From the IMG/VR virus record IMGVR_UViG_3300034691_000037, positions 1 to 64,000 of that record: DNA of 64,000 nucleotides. One strand, 5' to 3'. Positions 55,133-64,000 of this stretch are shown here, piece by piece; the stretch's first letter is position 1; each line of letters starts with the position of its first letter. This stretch comes from a virus. The translations under genes and the position numbers were made by a program. The notes under the pieces were generated by a model that worked only from the letters and a program-made list of their open reading frames with translations, ran no database searches and was not told the DNA's origin.

Positions 55133-55177
55133 GGTAATGCTCCTAGGTAAACCAAAAGATGGATCACATCTACGTTC

Positions 55178-55191
55178 GTAATGTATCAGTG
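55178..55191 (-). promoter_or_regulatory. Putative phage early promoter
   Basis: CACTGATACATTAC. Confidence 0.55.
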
Positions 55192-55213
55192 AAACTTATT
55201 TCAATCGTTTTTT

Positions 55214-55342
55214 TTACCGCTGAGCGAATGCTGCATGTGCAGCTTGTGCCTGACCTGCTTCGTCAAACACACCGCTGCCAATACCGACCGCGCCAACAAC
55301 GCCCATTACCAAACCGAATGCCAGCATTTTGAATTGTTTCAT
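55214..55342 (-). CDS. 42-aa membrane/secreted peptide
   Basis: MKQFKMLAFGLVMGVVGAVGIGSGVFDEAGQAQAAHAAFAQR; AAGGAG RBS. Confidence 0.7.
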   Translation of the reverse strand: MKQFKMLAFGLVMGVVGAVGIGSGVFDEAGQAQAAHAAFAQR

Positions 55343-55353
55343 GTGTATCTCCT

Positions 55354-55836
55354 TTATGCCATTTTACGGCTGTTAAGAAAACCCAGGCGCTCAAGCGACT
55401 TGGCTAATGCGTTGATGTTGCGTTCGGAGTTGTTGACGCCGTTGTCGACTTCACAACGGAGCGTGTAGGTGTAAACAAGTTCACCTTCTTCGTAGTGGTT
55501 ACGGAGTCGGCTTATTTCTAAGGTCGTGGTGTGATGGATATCTACCATGCCTTCGTTCGTGAGTACCTGTGAACCCAAGAACTTACACCACCACTCGTAG
55601 ATAGTGGCGATAGTGCGTTCAGCGGCTTCTGTGCTAGCATGCAAGGAGACGTACATCACGTCCCTTCCCGACTCAGTAGTATCGACATGCCCAGCGCAGC
55701 AGTTCGAAGTAGCCAGGTCCGGAACGGAGTTGATGGCCCTACACAGTTGCCACATGCCTTTATCAAAAAGCGCTGGGTCCAGCTTTGTAAACTCAGCCTT
55801 AAGCTTAGCAACGTACTTCGTACTTACTGTGAACAT
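55354..55836 (-). CDS. Hypothetical protein with Tyw3-like TxxCCxGH motif
   Basis: DKGMWQLCRAINSVPDLATSNCCAGH...YVSL. Confidence 0.6.
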   Translation of the reverse strand: MFTVSTKYVAKLKAEFTKLDPALFDKGMWQLCRAINSVPDLATSNCCAGHVDTTESGRDVMYVSLHASTEAAERTIATIYEWWCKFLGSQVLTNEGMVDIHHTTTLEISRLRNHYEEGELVYTYTLRCEVDNGVNNSERNINALAKSLERLGFLNSRKMA

Positions 55837-55886
55837 GACGATACTCCCTGTGGGTGTGAGGGGCTAATGCCCCTCATTGGTATTGA

Positions 55887-56009
55887 TTAAGAGGCCGGGG
55901 TCCTGGGTTCGAGCTTGGCAGTATGCAGAGCCAGGTTAGTCTCGTTCTTGAGGCGGGAGATATACATCCCGAGACAGAGGCCGAGGGCGAGGAACATTAA
56001 GTTTCTCAT
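55887..56009 (-). CDS. 40-aa single-TM peptide
   Basis: MRNLMFLALGLCLGMYISRLKNETNLALHTAKLEPRTPAS; AGGAGG RBS. Confidence 0.7.
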   Translation of the reverse strand: MRNLMFLALGLCLGMYISRLKNETNLALHTAKLEPRTPAS

Positions 56010-56035
56010 GGGTTTATCCTCCTACGGATAGAGTG

Positions 56036-56416
56036 TTACAGGGCGAAGGTTTCGTGTTCCAGGATGTAGTCAGCAACCAGGATCGCAGGGAAGAGGATGT
56101 TGGAGCTGATCAGCCCGCGCTTATCTTCCATTTCACGCAGACCTTCTTCAAAGGCTTCTTGCGGAGCTGGCATCAGATGCCAGTCTTCGATCGTGGTGCC
56201 GTGAGCCAGGAACTCAGGCTTGAAGAACTGCAGGATGTCGTGCATGAGGGTCAGGTCAGCTTCGGTGAGATTGTTCTCATCGTAGCCAGACATTTCCATG
56301 AGCTTGTCACGCATGGCCTTGATTTGTTTCAAGGCATCAGTGTGAACGACGATGTCGTCCGCACCTTTGGTCAGGTTTTCAGCCAGCATGGTTTTCAGGT
56401 TAGTGATAGTGATCAT
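56036..56416 (-). CDS. Early acidic hypothetical protein
   Basis: GAGGA RBS; promoter motif upstream. Confidence 0.8.
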   Translation of the reverse strand: MITITNLKTMLAENLTKGADDIVVHTDALKQIKAMRDKLMEMSGYDENNLTEADLTLMHDILQFFKPEFLAHGTTIEDWHLMPAPQEAFEEGLREMEDKRGLISSNILFPAILVADYILEHETFAL

Positions 56417-56458
56417 GTTACAGTCCTCCTTAGGACATTAGTGGTGGTGTTCAAGTAC

Positions 56459-56474
56459 GCAATGTGTGACTGTA
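56459..56474 (-). promoter_or_regulatory. Putative phage early promoter
   Basis: TACAGTCACACATTGC. Confidence 0.65.
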
Positions 56475-56513
56475 GATTTTTTAAATCGAATTTATACGGC
56501 ATAACACCAGCCA

Positions 56514-56906
56514 TTACGGCTGGTGGTATTGAGATATGCTACAAGGAACGCATTTGATCAGTAACTTGCGACTATGGTTAATGTCTAGAGGTGAATCGCA
56601 TTGTGGGCATCGGGTAGGAATGATCACAGGCGATGCAGTAGTGGGTCTGTAAATAAGGTTTAGGTTATCGTCAACAACATCGCCTAACAGTAGGTTCTTT
56701 TTAAACAGCACGTCTGTGTTTGCAAGATAAATGACGCGACATGGATCTGGATCATTCGTTTCATTATAAAGGATGCATAAGGGTTGAAGGTTTCCGTATT
56801 CAGTTACAGCAAAACCAATATCGTCTAGAATGTAACTATCTGAGACAAACGATAAATTGCTCAAAGGGATGTCGTACACCAAATTAGCGAGCGATGCATC
56901 TGACAT
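56514..56906 (-). CDS. Protein with C-terminal Zn ribbon resembling the NAD-ligase OB/Zn segment
   Basis: LLLGDVV...PVIIPTRCPQCDSPL...IKCVPC. Confidence 0.6.
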   Translation of the reverse strand: MSDASLANLVYDIPLSNLSFVSDSYILDDIGFAVTEYGNLQPLCILYNETNDPDPCRVIYLANTDVLFKKNLLLGDVVDDNLNLIYRPTTASPVIIPTRCPQCDSPLDINHSRKLLIKCVPCSISQYHQP

Positions 56907-57027
56907 GGTGGCTGTATCCTTCGATCTTATGTGGTGGTCATACAGCTAGTTGTCTTGGTGATTAATGACTACGTACTATTAAACGAATAACGACCGAACA
57001 TATCTCAACCGCTCTAGGGGAACTTGC

Positions 57028-58323
57028 ATGACCACTCTTACCGCCCAACTTGGCCGTCGCTCGGCTAACCATAACAAGGCCGCAGTAGCAGCATCGGCTC
57101 TGAGCCTGGAAAGTGACATCGTCGATCTGGTTGATGAAAGCAACACCGCTATCGACGAAGTGTCCGACGTATCCACCCAGATCACCACAGCCTCCGATGA
57201 CATCGTCGCCAGCAGCACTGGCGTTGATAGCCTGTCGGATCTGGTCGATAACACCGTAGATATCTATGGCGAAACTGGCATTCCTGAGGATGCCGCTAAA
57301 CAACTGGAGGTATCGGTTGAAGCCATCCTGCGCGTGATGGGCCACCCTGGTGGTTTCTCCACCATCCTTCCATCGATGGAAGCCTGCGCCACTCCGGTCC
57401 AGTATTCGACGGAAGCCGAAGAGAAAAAGAACGGCGTGGTTGGTCGTATCTGGGAATGGATTCAAAAGATCTTCGGCCAGTTGGTTGATTTCGTTGGCGG
57501 TCTGGTCGATAAGATGCGCAACTCCACCGAATCGCTGTCCAAGCTTACCGGCAAGCTGAAAGAAAAAGTATCAGCTCTGGAAGGCGAAGAAGCCACGGGT
57601 GAAGTTTCCCTCGGCGGCTATGGTAAGTTCTGCAGCGCAACCTCGCCTGGCGCAACCCTCAGCAATACCGGCACTAGCTTCAAGGCATTCGTCAACAAAT
57701 GGGAAGGCTACTTCGGTGCCCTGTTTACCAATGAATTGTCTAAAAAATCACTGAAGGACCCTGAAACCGCTGGCGCTACTTTCGCCGCCATGATGGAAGC
57801 GGAAGCTAAAAAACTACCCGAATGGAAAAGCGTTAAAGTTACTTCTTTCCATTCTTTGGAAATCGCACCGGGTTCGAATGCCGAAAATCCACTGATCGGG
57901 GCTAAAGCTTCCGTCAAGATCGATGGTGAAAACAAGCAAAGCAAATGCCCCGCGCTGACCAAAGCAAACATGATGGAGGTGCTGAATGCCACCGCCGCAT
58001 TGCTGGAGGAAGTAGCCGCAACTGCGAAAGACTTCGACAAATACAAAACTAATCTGAGTCACCTTAAGAGCACCGGGCTCTTAACGCGTGTTAATAGCGC
58101 TGCCGTCGGGATCAATCCCAACAATGGCCCGCTGGTACGCCAGATGGCGAAAAAGATGGGTGTTACGGGTCAGGTCTTCCAAAGCCTCGCGCGCATCGGC
58201 ATCGACGGCCTGGGGCAGTCGGTCCCTGCCGTATTGGATATCGTCCGCGCCAACCTGACCTACGTCAACAAGTCAGCTGCTGCGCACGGTAAGGCCAAAC
58301 CTGCTGAAAAAGCAACCGCCTAA
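57028..58323 (+). CDS. phiKZ-like internal head (virion) protein
   Basis: SLE/SVE/SME/STE cleavage motifs, acidic propeptide, RIWEWIQKIF amphipathic helix. Confidence 0.8.
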   Translation: MTTLTAQLGRRSANHNKAAVAASALSLESDIVDLVDESNTAIDEVSDVSTQITTASDDIVASSTGVDSLSDLVDNTVDIYGETGIPEDAAKQLEVSVEAILRVMGHPGGFSTILPSMEACATPVQYSTEAEEKKNGVVGRIWEWIQKIFGQLVDFVGGLVDKMRNSTESLSKLTGKLKEKVSALEGEEATGEVSLGGYGKFCSATSPGATLSNTGTSFKAFVNKWEGYFGALFTNELSKKSLKDPETAGATFAAMMEAEAKKLPEWKSVKVTSFHSLEIAPGSNAENPLIGAKASVKIDGENKQSKCPALTKANMMEVLNATAALLEEVAATAKDFDKYKTNLSHLKSTGLLTRVNSAAVGINPNNGPLVRQMAKKMGVTGQVFQSLARIGIDGLGQSVPAVLDIVRANLTYVNKSAAAHGKAKPAEKATA

Positions 58324-58331
58324 TTACAGCC

Positions 58332-58355
58332 GCAGGGGGTCTTCGGACCTCCTGC
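58332..58355 (+). terminator. Intergenic hairpin
   Basis: gcaggggg-tcttcgga-cctcctgc. Confidence 0.6.
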
Positions 58356-58372
58356 CTCTTTGAGGTATTCAC

Positions 58373-59710
58373 ATGACTACTGTTTCTGCAATGCTGGGTC
58401 GTCGGACCATCGACAACTACGGCATCCAAATCCAACGCGCTGCTGCTCAGCGAGAAGCCAGTTTCGAAAGCGATATGGCGGAGCTGGGGAGCGACCTCGA
58501 CGCACAAATCGCCGAGCATGATGAAGCAGTTGGTAATGTTTCTGCCGCATCTGACGACATCGTTAAAAGTACCAATGGCGCTGAAGGGCTATCCGGTCTG
58601 ATCGACAATACTGTCGCTATCTACGGCGAGGCTGGTATTCCAGAAGACGCTGTCGGCGTGTTGGAGGTTTCGGTTGAGTGCGTATTGCGCTCGATGGGGA
58701 TGAAAATTCCTACTAGCACAGTGCTGCCTTCCATGGAAGGTAAATCCCGTTCCCAGTATTCGACGGAAGCCGAAGAAAAGAAAGAAGGCATTATAGCCCG
58801 CATCTGGGAAATGATCAAAAAAGCCTTTGCTGGTTTCGGTGAGTTCATCACCAGCATGCTGGCGAAGCTGCGTAACAACATCAATGCGGTCCAAGCATAC
58901 AGCAAACGTGTGCGTGAACGTGTTGACGCTACTCAAGGCGCCACTCCATCGGGTGACGTAAAACTGGGCGGTGACGGCAACCTGACTAAGTCGGGTGAAG
59001 CCTCGCAGATCGTGAACACCACCCACACGGACTATAAGAAGTTCGTACAGGATTGGGCAGCGCATTGGGACAGTCTGATCTCCCAGGCTAACGTTGACGC
59101 GCTGGCATCGGGTGGGTCCGAACGTCTGAAACCGATGATCACTGGCAACACGGCCAAGCTGCCGAGCTCGTTGAAGTGGCCAGTTACCCCATTCCACACC
59201 CTGGAAATCACGCCTGGTTCTGATGCTGAAAACGCATTGGCTGGCGCTAAGGCCAAAGTGGTGTCCAATGAAGCCACTGCAAAAGAAACCTCGTTCACAC
59301 ATCTCTCCATCGAACAGATGAAACAGACGCTGGATTCGGTTGATGCGGTTCTGCTCGACCTGACCACTGTGGAGAAAGATGTTGCCAAGTGGAACGATAC
59401 GCTGAGTAAAATGCGTAACGTCGGCCGTGTGGGTAACGTTGCTGGTGCCATCAGTGAGAAGTTGAAATCGCAAGGTGAGGGCGAAGCGGCAACTCTACGT
59501 AAAGCCAGCCAGGCCTTGTCCGGTGGTAGCCGTGTGGCATTGGACGGTTTCAGCAACACTTCCGGACCTGTCATGAAGGTGCTCCGCGCCAACCTGGTTT
59601 ATGTGGCGAAGTCTGCCAGCGGCTATGGTAAAACAGCAGCGGCCGAGAAGCCGGCTGAGAAACCTGAAGAAAAACCAGCTGAGAAGCCAGCTGATAAAAC
59701 CGGGGAATAA
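58373..59710 (+). CDS. phiKZ-like internal head protein, paralog
   Basis: SFE/SVE/SME/STE motifs; RIWEMIKKAF. Confidence 0.8.
   Translation: MTTVSAMLGRRTIDNYGIQIQRAAAQREASFESDMAELGSDLDAQIAEHDEAVGNVSAASDDIVKSTNGAEGLSGLIDNTVAIYGEAGIPEDAVGVLEVSVECVLRSMGMKIPTSTVLPSMEGKSRSQYSTEAEEKKEGIIARIWEMIKKAFAGFGEFITSMLAKLRNNINAVQAYSKRVRERVDATQGATPSGDVKLGGDGNLTKSGEASQIVNTTHTDYKKFVQDWAAHWDSLISQANVDALASGGSERLKPMITGNTAKLPSSLKWPVTPFHTLEITPGSDAENALAGAKAKVVSNEATAKETSFTHLSIEQMKQTLDSVDAVLLDLTTVEKDVAKWNDTLSKMRNVGRVGNVAGAISEKLKSQGEGEAATLRKASQALSGGSRVALDGFSNTSGPVMKVLRANLVYVAKSASGYGKTAAAEKPAEKPEEKPAEKPADKTGE
59643..59699 (+). repeat. Coding tandem repeat (A/E-E-K-P units)
   Basis: AEKPAEKPEEKPAEKPADK tail. Confidence 0.8.
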
Positions 59711-59712
59711 TC

Positions 59713-60894
59713 ATGGATAGCGTATTGCAAAGGTTAGCAATTCGCGGTGTCGTTCGTCGCAGTGAACAGAGCCTGGAAAGTGACATCGTTGATGCCGCTG
59801 ATTACTGTGATGCGCAGCTTACTTGTTTAAGCGAACTTTCGCTAAGTTCGTGTGTAGAAGCAGATGGGATTGTAGACGTTATCGAAGGCCAGGATGGTCT
59901 CGACAACATCATGCAGCAGTTTGCCGACAATCACGTCAACACGGACGTTACAGAGGCTTTTGCACAACAACTGGCTGTCTCAGTTGAGTCTTACCTCAGA
60001 GCCGCTGGTATCAATGTAGGTATCCGTAAATGGACGCCTTCATTTGAATCATCGACTCAATACAGCGCTGAACTAAAGGATACACGTAAAACCGCAGCAG
60101 CTGGAATTGGTAAGTGGTTAGCCGATGCGCTGCGTAAGGTCATGGACATGATCAAACGATGGTGGGGTCAGTTGACGGGCTCTGTTACGGCTGTGCGGAC
60201 GTATGTCGATAAAGTATCGGCTAAGGTCAAAACCCTAAAGGGTGAAGCGACCAATAACGACCCTGTTAAGTTGGGGGCTTCTGCCAACTACCTTACCGAC
60301 CGCCACGGTGCCATTGCAAAGCCCGATAAGCAGCTTGCAGAGTCCGATTCATTGTTCTCCGACTTCCTTCAGGAATGGTACGGTCTGTTTGATAAAGAGA
60401 CCCACATTCTTAAAAACCTTCCTCCTCTTAAATCAATCAAAATCGATTTCGCGGTAGGGCAGGCGCTGGAAGTGAAGCCAGGCAGTGGAGCGGGTAACCT
60501 CACAGGCGCTAAGGTCAATGTCGTCAAGACGCTGAAGGCCGCTAAGTCCGAAGGTCCTCTTCTTTCGCTGACTGACATGGAACACGGCATCAACGCGGCT
60601 AAAGATGCATTGGTCTCGTTCGCTAAACTGGATCAGGAAATTGATCGCCTTGACGCGCTGTCTAAAAGCTCCGCTAAGGAAGCTAGTGCTCAAGCCGACC
60701 ACTACACTGACAGTGAAGCCGGACGTGCCTTCAGCAAGCGCTCACGAGATCTGGTAAAGGCCTTTCAGCTCTGCAGTAACGGTCTGACGCATGTGAGTCC
60801 GTTTTACTTGAAAACCATTCGGGCGTGTGTTGAATATGTCGCCATCTGCACACGTCGCTACGCTACATCAGCACAGGATAAAACCCCATCATGA
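59713..60894 (+). CDS. phiKZ-like internal head protein, paralog
   Basis: SLESDIVD, SVE, SFE, SAE; KWLADALRKV. Confidence 0.8.
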   Translation: MDSVLQRLAIRGVVRRSEQSLESDIVDAADYCDAQLTCLSELSLSSCVEADGIVDVIEGQDGLDNIMQQFADNHVNTDVTEAFAQQLAVSVESYLRAAGINVGIRKWTPSFESSTQYSAELKDTRKTAAAGIGKWLADALRKVMDMIKRWWGQLTGSVTAVRTYVDKVSAKVKTLKGEATNNDPVKLGASANYLTDRHGAIAKPDKQLAESDSLFSDFLQEWYGLFDKETHILKNLPPLKSIKIDFAVGQALEVKPGSGAGNLTGAKVNVVKTLKAAKSEGPLLSLTDMEHGINAAKDALVSFAKLDQEIDRLDALSKSSAKEASAQADHYTDSEAGRAFSKRSRDLVKAFQLCSNGLTHVSPFYLKTIRACVEYVAICTRRYATSAQDKTPS

Positions 60895-62132
60895 GCATCG
60901 TTCATCAAAACGCCCTGGAGATCGCGGCGGCGCAAGCGGTCTTGGAAGATAGTCCTACCGAAGTGGTGATGGACGATATTGTCGATTCCACTACCGCCAT
61001 TCAGCAAGCCGCTGACCAAGTTGGTGAGATCAGCCGTAACGTTGAGGAGATGAGTAACGTCGCCTCTTCGGTCGAGAACTACACCACCCGCTTTCTGGAA
61101 CAAGTCAGTGCTGAAAGCTGGACTCCTCGCCTGGCCCATCAGTACCAGGTTGGTATGGATGCCATCCTGCGTACCTGCGGTGTGTCTGTTCCGGCCGGTG
61201 TGTATGCTGCATCATTCGAAGCTGCAGGTGTCACGCAGACCAACGAAGAGAACCGTAAGGAAACCAAAGGTAAGTCTGAGGGCGTGATCAAGCGTCTGTG
61301 GACGTCCTTCCTTGAGATGATCACTCGTCTGTGGGATGGTATCCAGAACTTCATTGCCTTCTTGGGCGCGTCTACCGGTAAGCTTAACAAGCTGGCCGAT
61401 AACATCAAAGCGCGCGTTACCAAAGCCCGCGGTGAAAGACTGACAACGACATCGCACAGCATGCATCCTGGCCCGTGGTCCGTGTACCTGACCGAAGGTA
61501 TTGGTGGCCGCGGTGTAAAGATTTACAGCGACCCTGTCAAGGCTATTCATGCGATGACGGCCAAATCCATTGGGTTTACTGAGGAATGGTACAAGAACTA
61601 CCTCGACTCTGTGAAGGCGATGGCTGGTGCTAACTTTGCTTCATTAGCGGACATGGATGACTCCAGCTTTGACGATGAAGTGAAACGTCTGCTGAACCCT
61701 AAGTTGGCCAGCTTTAACGGTGATTGGCCGTGTGGCCACAGCGTATCCGTAGACCGCGACGGAAGCCATCCAGACAAGTTCATTCTGGAAGTGAAGTCGG
61801 GTAAACACGACCTGACCGAGGTTCCGTTGCTGACCTTTGATCAAATGGAGTCTGTGGCTCACGAAATCAAAGAGACCGCTAAGTACATCACTCATGAAGT
61901 TAGTCGATTCCAGAGCGGTAAGGCTGAGATCAACACCATGAAGAAGATGATGGAAAGCGCCATCAAAAATGGTGAGAAGCCCATCAACTCCAAAGTGGTA
62001 TCTCTGGCGGGTTCTTTGATGGACGGCATGATGGAAGGTCCTCGCAAGATCCTGCCGCTGCTTGGCACCTGCTGCGTGAATGCGGCTAAGCACGTTACCG
62101 AGTCGTTGACTATGTACTCTGCAGCGAAGTAA
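60891..62132 (+). CDS. phiKZ-like internal head protein, paralog
   Basis: ALE/SVE/SAE/SFE; KRLWTSFLEMI. Confidence 0.75.
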   Translation: MSIVHQNALEIAAAQAVLEDSPTEVVMDDIVDSTTAIQQAADQVGEISRNVEEMSNVASSVENYTTRFLEQVSAESWTPRLAHQYQVGMDAILRTCGVSVPAGVYAASFEAAGVTQTNEENRKETKGKSEGVIKRLWTSFLEMITRLWDGIQNFIAFLGASTGKLNKLADNIKARVTKARGERLTTTSHSMHPGPWSVYLTEGIGGRGVKIYSDPVKAIHAMTAKSIGFTEEWYKNYLDSVKAMAGANFASLADMDDSSFDDEVKRLLNPKLASFNGDWPCGHSVSVDRDGSHPDKFILEVKSGKHDLTEVPLLTFDQMESVAHEIKETAKYITHEVSRFQSGKAEINTMKKMMESAIKNGEKPINSKVVSLAGSLMDGMMEGPRKILPLLGTCCVNAAKHVTESLTMYSAAK

Positions 62133-62180
62133 CAAAAAAAAGACAGCATACACCTGCTCCCATCGGGAGCAGGTGTATGT
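62133..62180. terminator. Terminator between convergent genes
   Basis: catacacctgctccc/gggagcaggtgtatg with A-tract on the left. Confidence 0.85.
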
Positions 62181-62185
62181 CGCAA

Positions 62186-62638
62186 TTATGCCGCATGTTT
62201 AGATGCGTAGGACAGATTCGTTGATCTACCAAGGTCTGCGTAGTGGTACCTGAACGACCCATCGTTCGGATGCAGCACTCGCATTTTCACCTTACCTTCG
62301 TGGATTCCCCACCCAACGAAAGTTTCGGCTACGGTTGATACGACGTCACGTACATCGTAATCAGGCTTCTCATCGCAGCTACCAATGATCTCGTACTCGT
62401 ATTTGCCGCGCCAGACAAATCCAAGTCGAAACTCTGTTTGAGTAAATGCGTGTTCATTCAGCACGATATCAAGTGCTGACTCGGACTGCGCTAATGGTGC
62501 CAGTAGAGATTTCTGTACGGCCAAGCTACTGCTGTCCATAAGCGTCTCAGCGCATGCTTGCACAGAACGAGTGTCCTGCGTCAGTAATGCACAAATCGCT
62601 AGTGTGGTTGTTACATCGAGTCTTTCACGAGTTTGCAT
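62186..62638 (-). CDS. Hypothetical protein
   Basis: 150-aa ORF. Confidence 0.7.
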   Translation of the reverse strand: MQTRERLDVTTTLAICALLTQDTRSVQACAETLMDSSSLAVQKSLLAPLAQSESALDIVLNEHAFTQTEFRLGFVWRGKYEYEIIGSCDEKPDYDVRDVVSTVAETFVGWGIHEGKVKMRVLHPNDGSFRYHYADLGRSTNLSYASKHAA

Positions 62639-62680
62639 GTTGCCGTGCCTCTTTTCGAGTAGTTTGAATCCCCAGTTGTG

Positions 62681-63337
62681 TTATTGGCGTATTAGCAATG
62701 CTTCTTTGGCACTGGCTAACTCTGACTTTCTTATTCTGACAGTTACGGTAACTTCCGCTTCAGGCCATTTAAGTACAAGATCTTGCATGACGGCTAGTTG
62801 AATTTCTTCAGCCAACGTATCTGGATAATCGGCATCAGGTGGTCCTGTAAGATCAAGCGTTGTGTAAGAGATTAGCTCATTTGGAAATTCGAGGATTATC
62901 TGCACATGTGCAAGTGTTTCGCCGGTTTCCAATTTCAGCAGTTGTAATTCGCCCTCCTCGGACATGAACGTGTAATAGCTTTTGTCGATCTGCTCGATCA
63001 TTGCAAGCAGTGTAGAGGAATCGGCATTCAGTGAATGCTTGTAATAACTCTGTAAGGCTGTAGAAGGACGCCCAAGATCCCCAAGGTCTAAGGTGTACGA
63101 ATCAACGGGTTTAACGATACCGCGGTTTAGAAGTATCTCAGAGAGCTTTATAAGCACCTCTTCGGACTTAACGATACCTTCGTTTCGAATGCTACCCAAG
63201 ATTTGTTGGTGGTCGAACTCCTTGAGTACTAAAAATTGCCTTCGGCGTAATCCTCCCTCAGCGCCATAGACAATCAAGTTGATCAACGCGCCGGGCTTAA
63301 CCGGACGGTTTGCTGGAGATAGTGCTTTGTTCATCAT
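62681..63337 (-). CDS. Hypothetical protein
   Basis: 218-aa ORF; promoter motif upstream. Confidence 0.7.
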   Translation of the reverse strand: MMNKALSPANRPVKPGALINLIVYGAEGGLRRRQFLVLKEFDHQQILGSIRNEGIVKSEEVLIKLSEILLNRGIVKPVDSYTLDLGDLGRPSTALQSYYKHSLNADSSTLLAMIEQIDKSYYTFMSEEGELQLLKLETGETLAHVQIILEFPNELISYTTLDLTGPPDADYPDTLAEEIQLAVMQDLVLKWPEAEVTVTVRIRKSELASAKEALLIRQ

Positions 63338-63416
63338 AGTGTTGCCTTTTGCGGTGAAACATTATCATCGGCTGTTCCCTGATGGGCTGAACAGGTTATA
63401 GTGGTTTTACAGTATC

Positions 63417-63430
63417 GTAATGTGTTGCTA
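63417..63430 (-). promoter_or_regulatory. Putative phage early promoter
   Basis: TAGCAACACATTAC. Confidence 0.5.
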
Positions 63431-63490
63431 AGAATAGTTTCGATAGCATAATGGCATACCTGGCTAAAGAGCCAGGTATGCCACCAGTGA

Positions 63491-64000
63491 TCAGATTGCG
63501 CCCATCTCTGGTGCCGGGGATAACGTACCCCCATTTTTCAAGTACATCAAATAAGCAGGGTCGAGGCGGTCAACTGCAAGCAGCAATGACGTCTTAGCAC
63601 GATGCCGTGAAGCAATCATGCCGCGCCCTTCCAACTCGTAGCTGTGATACGCTTCTAGCAACACCCCATTCATCGTTTGGACATCACCCGCGTATTCGAA
63701 GATGATCTCGGTAGGCATCCCTGGAACGATGAGATCCGGATTGCTCCTGATCCAAGGTACCAATACGTAGACCACGGATCTAGCTGCCAATTTACTGGCT
63801 TCCAGATAAACGTTAGTGGTTGGGTCCGACCCCCTAGCCGTGTTCTGACCATTACCTACAACTGTGGTAATGAACTCATTCACGTTCTGACTACGGGACA
63901 TGGTGAACTTGTTATCCTTTACAGTACCATTGTCGCCAATGATCTTACTAGCGTCCATAAACCGAACGCCGTTACCTTGGATATTCAGCTTACCTGCCGT
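63491..64000 (-). CDS. C-terminal part of a probable virion structural (baseplate-hub-like) protein; starts outside the window
   Basis: Frame open to the edge; W..SNPDLIVPGMP...GVLLEAY pattern. Confidence 0.55.
   Translation of the reverse strand, partial: TAGKLNIQGNGVRFMDASKIIGDNGTVKDNKFTMSRSQNVNEFITTVVGNGQNTARGSDPTTNVYLEASKLAARSVVYVLVPWIRSNPDLIVPGMPTEIIFEYAGDVQTMNGVLLEAYHSYELEGRGMIASRHRAKTSLLLAVDRLDPAYLMYLKNGGTLSPAPEMGAI

Noticed and set aside
56514-56906. NAD-dependent DNA ligase
   Set aside because: Only 130 aa, with a ligase-like Zn ribbon but no KxDG adenylation domain.

Overview
This 64-kb window looks like part of a phiKZ-like (Chimalliviridae-type) jumbo phage, probably infecting Pseudomonas. 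The host is inferred from an AmrZ-like gene. The phage assignment rests on phiKZ-type internal-head paralogs with S/A-x-E maturation motifs, degenerate head-protease-fold paralogs and a recurring phage promoter motif. About 57 kb is a dense minus-strand block of accessory and early genes, split into units by hairpin terminators and a YAGYNNTACATYRY promoter motif. Recognisable products are three AAA+ ATPases, spanins, dCTP deaminase, ATP-grasp, HD, QueC-like and DHH enzymes, two NUDIX proteins, a TAXI-type solute receptor, a Cys phosphatase, an expanded thymidylate synthase, thymidylate kinase and an AmrZ-like regulator. A plus-strand cluster at 57-62 kb encodes four paralogous virion proteins. 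The most unusual elements are: (1) an operon of seven 63-86 aa paralogous peptides with an invariant N-terminal RKK, under its own promoter and followed by an AAA+ ATPase (41.6-44.5 kb); (2) a tRNA-like gene with a 17-nt anticodon loop inside about 600 nt of structured non-coding sequence (15.7-16.4 kb); (3) a second structured non-coding block at 23.7-23.9 kb; (4) an AAA+ ATPase whose frame stays open for 57 codons past a TGA. All calls come from reading the sequence by eye; no database searches or folding programs were run.
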